Shown piece after piece: positions 8,679-18,658 of a stretch of 20,516 nucleotides of DNA (positions within the stretch are counted from its first letter, which is position 1; each line of letters opens with the position of its first letter). A model generated the notes under the pieces. It was not told the DNA's origin. It made no database searches and worked only from the letters and a program-made list of their open reading frames with translations. Made by a program: the position numbers and the translations under genes. The stretch covers positions 1-20,516 of the forward strand of contig JANLPS010000138.1 of NCBI GenBank assembly GCA_031367385.1. Direction: 5' to 3'. The DNA comes from Archangium sp. (lineage in GTDB: Bacteria > Myxococcota > Myxococcia > Myxococcales > Myxococcaceae).

Positions 8679-9394
8679 GATGGGCCTCCAGAAGACATCA
8701 ACCCCGGCACCCCGACGCTGATCGCGCCTGCCAGCAATGCGTAGACGAAAAGGCTCAGCGCCAAGGCCCGCCACGGCTTCATCTGCGTCGACGCCGCGAA
8801 GCCCATGGCCACCAACAGCACCGACCAGAGGTGAAAGAAGTTCACCGCACTCAGCGCCCGCTTCACCGGCTCGGAGTACGCACCCGAGAGCACGTCTTTG
8901 AGCGAGGCCGGCACCAGCGCCGTCGCTACGTCAGGGCTGAGAATCGGCTGCCGGGCCGCGGCGATCAAAATGACCAGCTTCAAGACGGCGATCGGCAGCA
9001 GCCCCACCGCGGCGGTCGTGAACACCGCTCCGAACGGGGCCTTGCGGCCGATGAGCCACGCCAACACCTTTAAGAGCACCGCCAGCCCCAGCACCAGCAT
9101 CGGCATCGCGAACACGCCCACCGCGATGCTGACGACGAGCCCGATGCGCTCGCTCTGCTCAATCTCTTCGGTGATCTCGCGCTCGCTGGCCTTGGTGAGC
9201 TCACCGCTCTGCTGCATCTTGGGTATCACCACCCGCGATTGGTCGATGTGCGACGACAAAACGGCGCCCGAAGCGGCCGTCAGCGCGCCCAAAAGCAGCA
9301 TGGGTATCAGCCACTTTCGAGCTTCGACCAGGCGAGGCATGGTGCCGACTGGTTCGAAGAGGGTTTTCAGTGAGAGTGCAAGGGTCTTGAACAC
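8675..9394 (-). CDS. YIP1-family membrane protein (~239 aa, start uncertain)
   Basis: LFEPVGTMPRL...WLIPMLL N-terminus and about 5 hydrophobic segments incl. NFFHLWSVLLVAMG; first gene of the exporter operon. GTG 9394 chosen as start; ORF stays open to 9523. Confidence 0.8.
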   Translation of the reverse strand: MFKTLALSLKTLFEPVGTMPRLVEARKWLIPMLLLGALTAASGAVLSSHIDQSRVVIPKMQQSGELTKASEREITEEIEQSERIGLVVSIAVGVFAMPMLVLGLAVLLKVLAWLIGRKAPFGAVFTTAAVGLLPIAVLKLVILIAAARQPILSPDVATALVPASLKDVLSGAYSEPVKRALSAVNFFHLWSVLLVAMGFAASTQMKPWRALALSLFVYALLAGAISVGVPGLMSSGGPS

Positions 9395-9575
9395 GCGGGC
9401 CCGATAACGCTTCAGAACCAGAGCGATTTCAAGCTGCAAGACGATTCGAGGGAACCAAAGCGCCGCTGCCTGCCAGGGCACGCGCAGGGCCTGTTTCACC
9501 CTGTAGCAGAAAAATTGAGCCAACGATCTCGCGGGTGTACACCGTTCATCTGCCTCGTGCCGGGAGCCGCATCAC

Positions 9576-12035
9576 ATGGTCGACAGTACCGACTTCGCTC
9601 AAGTGGTGTCCGAAGCCGAGGACATCGCGCGCAGTGTCAACCAACGCCTGACCACTGCGCACGTCTTGCTCGCGATGTTCACCGTCGAGAACCGCGCGGC
9701 CCTGCTCCTCACCGAGCGCGGCATCAATGAAGACGTGTTGCTCGAGCTGCTGACCCAGGCGCCCAGCGAGCCTGAAGGCCTCGTCAAAGAGCTGCGCGAG
9801 AAGTCACGCGAGATGGCCGCCAGCGTCGGCTCGAGCGAGGCCGATTGCCTGCACGCGCTCATCGCGATGTCGCGGGTGCGCTGCGCCGCGCAAGACCTGC
9901 TCTTCAAGACGGGGCTCGATCTGACCGCCCTGCGCAACACCGCGCTCTCGTACTTCACCTCCGGCCGCATGCCCCGCCGGTTCATGCTCCAGCGCGAGAT
10001 GCCCCCCGGCGTGCCCCGTGCCCCGACCGGTCGCCCCCTTGGGGCGCCTCCCCTGCCCTTCGCCCCGCCGCGCACCGCGGTGCTCTCGTCTTCGCCCCCG
10101 ACGCCCAAGGCGGCGTCGCTCAAGCCCGGGCTGAGCATGAAAGACCTGGTCGACGACATCAGCGACGAAGAGATTCGCGAGCTGCAACAGGTCGAATTGC
10201 CCAAGGCGATACCACCTCCAGTGGCTCAGCCGAACGCGCCGACGCCCTTCTCGAAGTTCTCGCTCGACCCGCGCCAGTACCCGCTGCTGACCTCGCTCGG
10301 CAAAAACCTCACCCAGCTCGCCAAAGAGGGCAAGCTCGACCCCGTCGTCGGCCGCGCCAAGGAGATCGACGAGGCCATCGACATCTTGGGCAAGCGCCGC
10401 ACGAACAACCCGTGCCTGGTCGGTGAGCCCGGAGTCGGCAAGACCGCCGTCGTTGAAGGCGTCGCCCAGCAACTCGCCACCCTGCGCGGCCCCTTGGCTG
10501 ACCGCATGGTGCTCGAGCTCGACATGGCCACGCTCGTGGCGGGCACGCAGCTGCGCGGTTCGTTCAGCGAGCGCCTCAATGGGCTCAAAGACGAAGTGAA
10601 AAAAGCCGAGGGCCGGGTCATCGTCTTCATCGACGAGATTCACACCCTGATCGGCGCCGGCTCGACCGGAGACGGCCCGCAAGACGCCGCCAACGAGCTC
10701 AAAGCGGCGATGTCACGTGGTGAATTCCCCTGCATTGGCGCGACCACGCACGACGAGTACCGCAAGCACATTTCGAACGACCCCGCGCTCGAGCGCCGGT
10801 TCACGCCGGTCACGGTCAACGAGCCGTCGGTGCCCGAGACGGTCTACATTCTCAACGGCGTCGTCGCTCGCTATGCCGAGCACCACCACCTGACCTACCT
10901 GCCGGAGTCGCTGCAGGCAGCGGCGTCGCTCAGCTCGAAGTACATCACCGACCGGTTCTTGCCCGACAAGGCGATCAGCGTGCTCGACCTCGCCGGCTCG
11001 CGGGCGCGGCGTGAAGGCAAGAAGGTCGTCGAGCCCATCGACGTCGCCCGAGTCGTCGCGAAGATCGCGAATTTGCCCGAAGAGCGGTTGCTGCTGAATG
11101 ACTCCGAGCGGCTGCTGCGGCTCGAGGCCGACTTGCGCCAGCGCGTGATTGGGCATGAAGACGTCATCGACCGCATCGCCAAGGTCATTCGCCGCAACTA
11201 CGCCGGGTTCGCCAGCCGTCGCCCGATGGGCAGCTTCTTGTTCTTGGGCCCCACTGGAGTCGGCAAGACCGAGATGGCCCGCGGCCTCGCCGAGGTGCTC
11301 TTCGGCAACCGCGACGCGATGATTCGCCTCGACATGTCTGAGATGTCTGAAGGGCACGGCGTGTCGCGGTTGATCGGCGCTCCCGCGGGGTACGTCGGGT
11401 ACGGAGACGGGGGCCAGCTCACCGAGCCCGTTCGCCGCAAGCCCTCATCGGTCGTCGTGCTCGATGAGATCGACAAGGCCAACCGCGAAGTGTTGCTGCT
11501 GCTGCTCCAGGTGCTCGAAGAGGGCCGGCTGACCGATGGCAAGGGTCGCCACATCGACTTCTCGAACACCGTCGTGATTCTCACCACCAACCTCGGCGCC
11601 GAAGCCTTCAGCCCGAAAGCCCGCTCCATGGGCTTCGGTGCGGCTGACCCGCTGACCAACGGCGAAGCGCAGGCATCTGACCTGGCGCGAAAAGCGCTGC
11701 CCCCCGAGCTGTGGAACCGAATCGACGAGCGCTGCGCGTTCAGACCGCTGCGGGAGATCGAGGTCGCGCAGATCGCGAATCTGCTGCTCGCCGAGTCGAG
11801 CAAGCGGCTCCAGAGCGAGAAGGGCATCGAGTACACCGCGACCGAAGATGTGGTGACGCACCTGCTCAAGAGCGGCGGCTTCGACCCCTCTCTGGGCGCG
11901 CGGCCGATGCGCCAAACCGTGCAGCGGCTGGTCGAGGGGCCCCTGGCAGAACGAATCTTGGCCGGAGACTTCGAGCAGGGCGATCACGTGCGGGTCGAGC
12001 TGGCTGCAGGGCAGCTGCAATTCACCCGGCAATAG
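9576..12035 (+). CDS. Class I Clp/Hsp100 AAA+ ATPase, ClpA-like (no middle domain, MGF ClpP-docking loop), 819 aa
   Basis: Clp N-domain (TTAHVLLAM), [81 protein letters not shown]. Confidence 0.93.
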   Translation: MVDSTDFAQVVSEAEDIARSVNQRLTTAHVLLAMFTVENRAALLLTERGINEDVLLELLTQAPSEPEGLVKELREKSREMAASVGSSEADCLHALIAMSRVRCAAQDLLFKTGLDLTALRNTALSYFTSGRMPRRFMLQREMPPGVPRAPTGRPLGAPPLPFAPPRTAVLSSSPPTPKAASLKPGLSMKDLVDDISDEEIRELQQVELPKAIPPPVAQPNAPTPFSKFSLDPRQYPLLTSLGKNLTQLAKEGKLDPVVGRAKEIDEAIDILGKRRTNNPCLVGEPGVGKTAVVEGVAQQLATLRGPLADRMVLELDMATLVAGTQLRGSFSERLNGLKDEVKKAEGRVIVFIDEIHTLIGAGSTGDGPQDAANELKAAMSRGEFPCIGATTHDEYRKHISNDPALERRFTPVTVNEPSVPETVYILNGVVARYAEHHHLTYLPESLQAAASLSSKYITDRFLPDKAISVLDLAGSRARREGKKVVEPIDVARVVAKIANLPEERLLLNDSERLLRLEADLRQRVIGHEDVIDRIAKVIRRNYAGFASRRPMGSFLFLGPTGVGKTEMARGLAEVLFGNRDAMIRLDMSEMSEGHGVSRLIGAPAGYVGYGDGGQLTEPVRRKPSSVVVLDEIDKANREVLLLLLQVLEEGRLTDGKGRHIDFSNTVVILTTNLGAEAFSPKARSMGFGAADPLTNGEAQASDLARKALPPELWNRIDERCAFRPLREIEVAQIANLLLAESSKRLQSEKGIEYTATEDVVTHLLKSGGFDPSLGARPMRQTVQRLVEGPLAERILAGDFEQGDHVRVELAAGQLQFTRQ

Positions 12036-12104
12036 CGCAAAGCCTCGAAGTTACGGCGCTTTCTGGTCGGCAAGCGGTCGAAAATGCCGCCAACGACGAG
12101 CGTT

Positions 12105-12128
12105 CAGCTGCAATTCGACCGGCAATAG
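12105..12128 (+). repeat. Imperfect direct repeat of the last 24 bp of the clp gene
   Basis: CAGCTGCAATTCGACCGGCAATAG vs 12012-12035 CAGCTGCAATTCACCCGGCAATAG; 22/24 identical, stop codon included. Confidence 0.8.
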
Positions 12129-12147
12129 GCGATAGACGTGGGCACGC

Positions 12148-12999
12148 ATGCCCCCGCGCACCTCTCGCAAAGCGAAGCCCCCCATTGTCATCGTCGGCTT
12201 CGGCCGGGTTGGCGGGGCCATCGCGCTCGGCCTCAAGCTGGCGCAGTGGCCGGTGTCGGTGCTCCCTCGCTCGGGTGAGTCTGTTCGACGCGCCGCGGCG
12301 ATGCGCATACCGCTCGCTGATCACGATGCGCTGAAGGCGGCCTCGTTCTGTTTTCTGGCCGTGCCCGACGCCGCAGTCGCCTCGGTCGCAGAGCTCATCG
12401 AAGACGATCTGGGCTCATCGACCACGCTCGTGCATTGCTCGGGAGCGCTGCCCCTGACCGCGCTCGGCAGTCGACCGACGCGCTCGGGCCGGGCGGTGGG
12501 GTCGTTTCACCCGCTCGCGGCGATCTCAGATTCACACGTCTCGCTGGCAGGTCACGCGGTGGCGATCGCATGCACCAACAAGGCGCAGCTCGCGCAGCTC
12601 GAGAAGGTGGCCACCGCGCTGGCGCTCAAGCCGATTGAAGTGCCCGAGACCGGCCGCGCCGCCTACCACGCAGGAGCGGTCATGAGCGCCGGGTTGGTCG
12701 TCGCCCTCGCCGATGCCGCTGCTGCCGCGTTTCAGCACGCGGGTTTGAACCATGAAGAGGCGTTGACCGCGCTGTTGCCCTTGATGCGCTCAGCGCTGAG
12801 CGGCGTCGAGCATTGGGGCGTCGAGAAGGGCCTCACCGGGCCCATCGTGCGCGGCGACGTCGCCGTCGTTCAGGCGCACCTCGATGCGCTGCCGGCCGAT
12901 TTGGGCAGTATTTATCGCCTGTTATCGCGTCGGGCCCTGAAGCTGGCGAAGAAGCTGCCGCCCGAGACCCGGTTGGCGCTCGAGCGAATTCTCGCCTGA
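12148..12999 (+). CDS. Rossmann-like + DUF2520 domain oxidoreductase (PanG-like family), 283 aa
   Basis: IVGFGRVG dinucleotide motif, LAVPDAAV, VHCSGA, SFHPL, YHAGAV, LTGPIVRGD...VQAHL. Confidence 0.88.
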   Translation: MPPRTSRKAKPPIVIVGFGRVGGAIALGLKLAQWPVSVLPRSGESVRRAAAMRIPLADHDALKAASFCFLAVPDAAVASVAELIEDDLGSSTTLVHCSGALPLTALGSRPTRSGRAVGSFHPLAAISDSHVSLAGHAVAIACTNKAQLAQLEKVATALALKPIEVPETGRAAYHAGAVMSAGLVVALADAAAAAFQHAGLNHEEALTALLPLMRSALSGVEHWGVEKGLTGPIVRGDVAVVQAHLDALPADLGSIYRLLSRRALKLAKKLPPETRLALERILA

Positions 13000-13000
13000 C

Positions 13001-13084
13001 GGAAAAAGGGGACAGGCTGGTTTGATTTCACCGGCTCGTCCTGCTGAACCGAGTCGAAATCAAACCAGCCTGTCCCCTTTTTCC
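13001..13084. repeat. Perfect 29-bp inverted repeat with 26-bp spacer (MITE/REPIN-like; may also terminate transcription)
   Basis: GGAAAAAGGGGACAGGCTGGTTTGATTTC (13001-13029) is the exact reverse complement of 13056-13084. Confidence 0.9.
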
Positions 13085-13120
13085 TGCGCAACTCGTCTGA
13101 ACGAGAGGTGTTCGAGGGTC

Positions 13121-14457
13121 ATGCGAAAAACCCTGCCCTGGTTCTGTCTGGCGCTCACTGCGTGCGGCGCCCCCGCCACGACGGGCGCGAGCGACGCGCA
13201 GGTCATCTTCGTCGCCGATGCGGGCTCGACGCCCGGCGCCGACTCCGGCACTCCGGTCGCCGATGCAGGCGCCGCCGCTCCTGACGCTGGTCAGCAGCCT
13301 GTCACCGACGCTGGCTCCACCGCCGATGCAGGTGCATCGCTCCCTACCGACGCGGGCACGCCCGGCCCAATCGTCTGCGTAGCGAGAACGCGACCTCGGT
13401 CGCTCACACCACTCACCCGCTCGTGTACGGCGTCGCGGGGTCACTCACCGTCGTCAAAGACTCGACCCTGGCAAACCCCGAATGGCCCGGGCACCCGATC
13501 ACCGTGTACCGGACCAGCGGTACGGCGGCATACCCGGTGCTCTTCTACTCGCACGCCTTCGGCGGCACTGACCCCACGCACGTCGAAGCGATGTTCAACC
13601 GCCTCGCGAGCAACGGCTTCAACATCGTCTTCGTGCCGTACCAGAGCAACGACCGCCTGCAGCAGTACAAGCAACTCTGGGTCGGCTTCACCACCGCCGT
13701 CGCGAGCTACGGGGCGAAGTTCGATCTGACCCACGTCGGCTTCTTCGGGCACTCCTTCGGTGGCGGAGCGACCCCTGAAATGGCCCGCCGAGCCTTCGGA
13801 GCCCCCACTCAAAACGGCCTGGGCACCGCCTGGGGCAGCGCGGGCCGCTTCATGTTCATCATGGCGCCCTGGTACTCGTACCCGAACATCGCCAACCCCA
13901 CCGTCGGCAACGACGACTTTCATCAACTGCCCGACGACGTGAAGACGGTGATTCAGCTCTACGCCGACGATGACATCAACGATCACCGCATCGCCTTGAA
14001 CGACATCTGGGCCAAGCTCCCCAGCACGCTCACCGACAAGGGCTTTCAAATGGTGCCCAGCGATGCCTGCGGTAGCGAAGCGCTCAACGCGGGCCACACC
14101 ACGCCGGCGACGTACAACGACGGCACGGGGTCTCCGGGCGGCCCCGGCACCGGCAACAACGATCACGACGAGTGGGCCACCGCACGCCGCATTCACGCAC
14201 TCGCCGCGTATGCCTTCGAGGGCTCATTGGCCGGCAAGGCGCTCGCGTACCCGAAGACCACCGACGAGCTCAGCCTCGGCAATTGGTCAGGCGTCTGTGC
14301 AGACCGCCCCGTGATGCCCCTTCAGGCCTCGACCACCGGGCTCATCACCACCACCTGCGGCGGCAAGGGCACCGGCAACTACGTCTTCACCTACTCGGCC
14401 ACTGGGCATTGCTCCAACTCGGTGACCGGCTCCGGTGGCTCGCCTCCCTGCCGGTAG
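13121..14457 (+). pseudogene. Lipoprotein alpha/beta hydrolase split by a 1-nt frameshift near 13379 (pseudogene or sequencing error; ~445 aa if repaired)
   Basis: Frame from ATG 13121: MRKTLPWFCLALTAC lipobox plus DAG-repeat linker to ...PGPIVC. From 13381 a different frame reads SENATSVAH... into the 13423-14457 ORF, with HAFGG, the GHSFGG nucleophile elbow, and candidate Asp (ADDDIND) and His (GHTTP). Confidence 0.8.
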
Positions 14458-14458
14458 G

Positions 14459-14708
14459 TCAGCGCTGACCGTCGTCGAAGGGGTCGACCCGATCGAAGCG
14501 AACCGTGCGCCCTTCGCGCGTCGCACTCGCGAACCCGCCAACCCACATCAGCCAGGCCAGCCCGAACATCATCACCCCGAAATAGTTCAGCACGATGCCA
14601 TCGGTGGTCGGCTCACCCACGATGAGCCGCGCCCAACGACACCGGGAGCCGCCAGTAGGCAAGGCCCGTCGCAGCGGAAATCGCACCGAACACCAGCCAG
14701 TCACGCAT
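14459..14708 (-). pseudogene. Small two-TM membrane protein apparently frameshifted near 14636
   Basis: ATG 14708 reads MRDWLVFGAISAATGLAYWRLPVS and stops at codon 32; skipping one base continues WARLIVGEPTTDGIVLNYFGVMMFGLAWLMWVGGFAS... to the TGA at 14459. Confidence 0.45.
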
Positions 14709-14749
14709 GGCCGAACGGTCTACCCCGGCCGGCGAATTGCATCGAGGCG

Positions 14750-14778
14750 TTGATCTTCGAGCCAACCACGTCTAAGAG
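14750..14778 (+). promoter_or_regulatory. Candidate sigma70-type promoter of rpoZ
   Basis: TTGATC-N17-TAAGAG, 30 nt before the ATG; AGGAG RBS follows. Confidence 0.4.
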
Positions 14779-14808
14779 CCCCAGCTCGCCTCTTTTTCAG
14801 GAGTTCCC

Positions 14809-15051
14809 ATGGCCCGCGTAACAGTCGAAGACGCCCTTCCCCACGTCGACAACCGCTTTGCTCTCGTGCTGCTTGGCGCCAAGCGAGCTCGCCAGATCAT
14901 GGCCGGCGCCCGCGCGATGGTCGACCACTCGAAGAACAAGCCCTGCGTGCTCTCATTGCGTGAAATCGCCACCGGCCGAGTGAAGTTCGACCGCGACGTT
15001 CGCCAAGCACTCACTGGCAAGTTCGACCCGACTCCGGCGGCGCAGAGCTAA
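14809..15051 (+). CDS. rpoZ: RNA polymerase omega subunit (80 aa)
   Basis: MARVTVED...[16 protein letters not shown]...[20 protein letters not shown]. Confidence 0.96.
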   Translation: MARVTVEDALPHVDNRFALVLLGAKRARQIMAGARAMVDHSKNKPCVLSLREIATGRVKFDRDVRQALTGKFDPTPAAQS

Positions 15052-15080
15052 GCGGTTTTCTTTTCAGCTCGAGTCGTTCG

Positions 15081-15106
15081 AAAGCCCAGGCACCCCTGGG
15101 CTTTTT
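15081..15106. terminator. Probable bidirectional intrinsic terminator
   Basis: AAAGCCCAGG-CACC-CCTGGGCTTT(TT) between convergent rpoZ and the hypothetical gene. Confidence 0.8.
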
Positions 15107-15744
15107 CATTTGGTGCGCGAGAAGTACTGCAGCTTGGCCTCGGCGCCGAGCCGGTACGCGTGCCGCAGCTCTCCCAAAAGGTTCTCGAGCTGCCCTTCAC
15201 GCACCATCTTCATCAACCGCCCCACGTAGGTCTGCGCCAGACGGTTGGCCTCGACGTAGCGCCACCGCTCATCGGCCGAGAGCAGCTCGTTGAAACGAAC
15301 GCGCTCGAACAGGGTGCCGACCAGGCTCTTGGCCCAGGTCGCTCCATCGCGGCCCCAACGCATCAACAGGCAAATGGCGAACTTGTCGACCTCGGCTTGC
15401 GCCTCGAGCTCGAGCAACGAGACGGTGCGCTCGAGCCGCGCGGTCTGGGTCACGTAGACGAAGTGCGAGACCCCCTCGGCGACCTCGCAGAAAGCACCCA
15501 GCGCGTCATCGAGCAAGTCGTTCGGAGCACCCTCGAACGAGGTCACCCGCTTCAGCATCTCAGGGTCTAAGTAGAGCGCCAGGTCGAGGTTGTCGCCGTC
15601 GTGGCTGACCAGCAGCTCTTCGCGATTTCGCCCGGTGCCACCGAGCGCCTTCGCAGTCTCGAAGTCGACCAGAAAATCACGCGCCCGGTACTCGCAGCGC
15701 AGGCCGTAGATGGCTTCAAGATGCTCTTGAATGCGGTCGAGCAC
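15106..15744 (-). CDS. Hypothetical protein (212 aa), second gene of a coupled pair; possible metal-binding ExxxH...ExxxE motif
   Basis: GTG 15744 overlaps the upstream TAG (TAGTG); protein-like composition; motif AEGVSHFVY-x9-VSLLELEAQAEVDKF. Confidence 0.82.
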   Translation of the reverse strand: MLDRIQEHLEAIYGLRCEYRARDFLVDFETAKALGGTGRNREELLVSHDGDNLDLALYLDPEMLKRVTSFEGAPNDLLDDALGAFCEVAEGVSHFVYVTQTARLERTVSLLELEAQAEVDKFAICLLMRWGRDGATWAKSLVGTLFERVRFNELLSADERWRYVEANRLAQTYVGRLMKMVREGQLENLLGELRHAYRLGAEAKLQYFSRTK

Positions 15745-16340
15745 TAGTTGGGCAGCAGCTTGGTGGGCCCGAGAATGCCGCTGTCGATCAGCACCGCTTC
15801 GAGCCGGCCGTTGCCGCTGCGCGACCACGACTCGAAGACCTTCACCTGGCCCTGCGGGCCCGAGGCGCACAACCCGCGCGCCGCGATCTCGCCCAGCACC
15901 TCGACCAGCGTCGAAAATTTCTGATTGAGCTCGTGGTAGACGGCCGAGAACGAGCTCGAGCTCGAGAGCTGCGCGATGGTGCCGTAGGCGCTGCGGCCCA
16001 TCTGCTCGTAGTACTCCGGGCCGACCACGCGGTCGTTGAGCGAGGCCCGAAAGTAGCCGGCCGAGAAGAGCGAGACGTCGCCCAGCTGACGGAGGGTGCG
16101 AATCTTTTCGTCGCGGTCTTGCTGGAGCGCCCGGTGGTAGAGCACGGCCAGCGCCTCCATCTCGCGGCGGCCGTCGGTCTCTTTGGTGAAAAGCTTCTCG
16201 GCGGTGGCGTACTCGGAGAGCAGATTCACCATGTAGAACTCAGTCACCTCTTCGAGCGTGACCCGTTGCCGCTTGATGACGTCTTCGAGCAGAAGCTTGA
16301 AAAACTCTTTGAGCGAACCACTGAGAACGAGCTGACTCAT
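15744..16340 (-). CDS. Hypothetical protein (198 aa), first gene of a coupled pair divergent from groES
   Basis: ATG 16340 with GGAGG 9 nt upstream; helical-looking soluble protein with LRQLGDVSLFSAGYF...YYEQMGRSAY. Confidence 0.85.
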   Translation of the reverse strand: MSQLVLSGSLKEFFKLLLEDVIKRQRVTLEEVTEFYMVNLLSEYATAEKLFTKETDGRREMEALAVLYHRALQQDRDEKIRTLRQLGDVSLFSAGYFRASLNDRVVGPEYYEQMGRSAYGTIAQLSSSSSFSAVYHELNQKFSTLVEVLGEIAARGLCASGPQGQVKVFESWSRSGNGRLEAVLIDSGILGPTKLLPN

Positions 16341-16391
16341 GACGACGTGCCTCCGTGCAACGACAAGCACCGATGCTATCGACACACCCCG

Positions 16392-16420
16392 GTTTTAACA
16401 AAATTCCCGAGTCGTTTCAT
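16392..16420 (-). promoter_or_regulatory. Candidate promoter of the divergent gene pair
   Basis: Minus strand ATGAAA-N17-TAAAAC with extended TG, in an AT-rich patch. Confidence 0.35.
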
Positions 16421-16429
16421 GAATTTACG

Positions 16430-16456
16430 CTGGCGCTCGCGAGCAGAGAGCGCCAG
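16430..16456. promoter_or_regulatory. CIRCE-like operator 1 (variant)
   Basis: CTGGCGCTC-N9-GAGCGCCAG, a perfect inverted repeat with CIRCE geometry (consensus TTAGCACTC-N9-GAGTGCTAA). Confidence 0.65.
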
Positions 16457-16475
16457 CCGGAGGCCTCCCGGACCG

Positions 16476-16502
16476 TTGGCACTCGACCAGGTCGACTGCC
16501 AA
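16476..16502. promoter_or_regulatory. CIRCE operator 2 (HrcA site)
   Basis: TTGGCACTC-N9-GACTGCCAA. Confidence 0.85.
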
Positions 16503-16509
16503 TCTGACC

Positions 16510-16537
16510 TTGACCTCGAGGGGGCGATGGTTAAATA
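16510..16537 (+). promoter_or_regulatory. Candidate groESL promoter between CIRCE 2 and 3
   Basis: TTGACC-N16-TAAATA. Confidence 0.5.
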
Positions 16538-16550
16538 GGAGCGCGTTGTC

Positions 16551-16577
16551 TTGGCACTCGCCGAACCAGAGTGCCAG
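16551..16577. promoter_or_regulatory. CIRCE operator 3 (HrcA site)
   Basis: TTGGCACTC-N9-GAGTGCCAG, 36 nt upstream of the groES ATG. Confidence 0.9.
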
Positions 16578-16613
16578 TTTCCACAAACCAGCAGCACCTA
16601 GGAGCCTCGAACC

Positions 16614-16904
16614 ATGAAGATTCGTCCCCTGCAGGATCGACTGATCGTCAAGCGCGTCACTGAAGAGAACAAGACCAAGGGCGGCATCATCATCCCCGAC
16701 TCGGCCAAAGAGAAGCCTCTCGAGGCGAAGGTCGTCGCGGTCGGTAACGGCAAGATCCTCGAAGACGGCAAGATCCGCGCGATGGACATCAAGGCCGGCG
16801 ACACCATTTTGTTCTCGAAGTACGCGGGCACCGAAATCAAGATCGAGGGCGAAGATCACCTCATCCTCCGCGAAGAAGACGTGCTCGGCATCATCGAGAA
16901 GTGA
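16614..16904 (+). CDS. groES: Co-chaperonin GroES (96 aa)
   Basis: [14 protein letters not shown]...[16 protein letters not shown]...[10 protein letters not shown]...LREEDVLG. Confidence 0.98.
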   Translation: MKIRPLQDRLIVKRVTEENKTKGGIIIPDSAKEKPLEAKVVAVGNGKILEDGKIRAMDIKAGDTILFSKYAGTEIKIEGEDHLILREEDVLGIIEK

Positions 16905-16943
16905 TCGCTTCTTCAACCCCACCTTTTCCAAGGAACCCAATAA

Positions 16944-18587
<1,644 letters not shown>

Positions 18588-18613
18588 TTCAGCCCTCACC
18601 GGGTTGAAGCTTG

Positions 18614-18658
18614 AAGCGGCCTCCAGCACCTTTACGGTACTGGGGGCCGTTTCGTTTT
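18614..18658 (+). terminator. Intrinsic terminator of groESL
   Basis: AAGCGGCCTCCAGCACC-TTTAC-GGTACTGGGGGCCGTTT followed by CGTTTT. Confidence 0.8.

Noticed and set aside
9576..12035. ClpB or T6SS ClpV assignment
   Set aside because: No M-domain, an MGF loop is present, and there are no T6SS genes nearby.
13022..13729. 235-aa ORF as an independent gene
   Set aside because: It starts inside the inverted repeat; only 13121 to about 13379 looks coding, and the remainder is the off-frame read of the hydrolase.
15745..15870. Longer start for the 15106 gene
   Set aside because: It would overlap the upstream gene by about 126 nt with low-complexity sequence; the TAGTG coupling at 15744 is more parsimonious.
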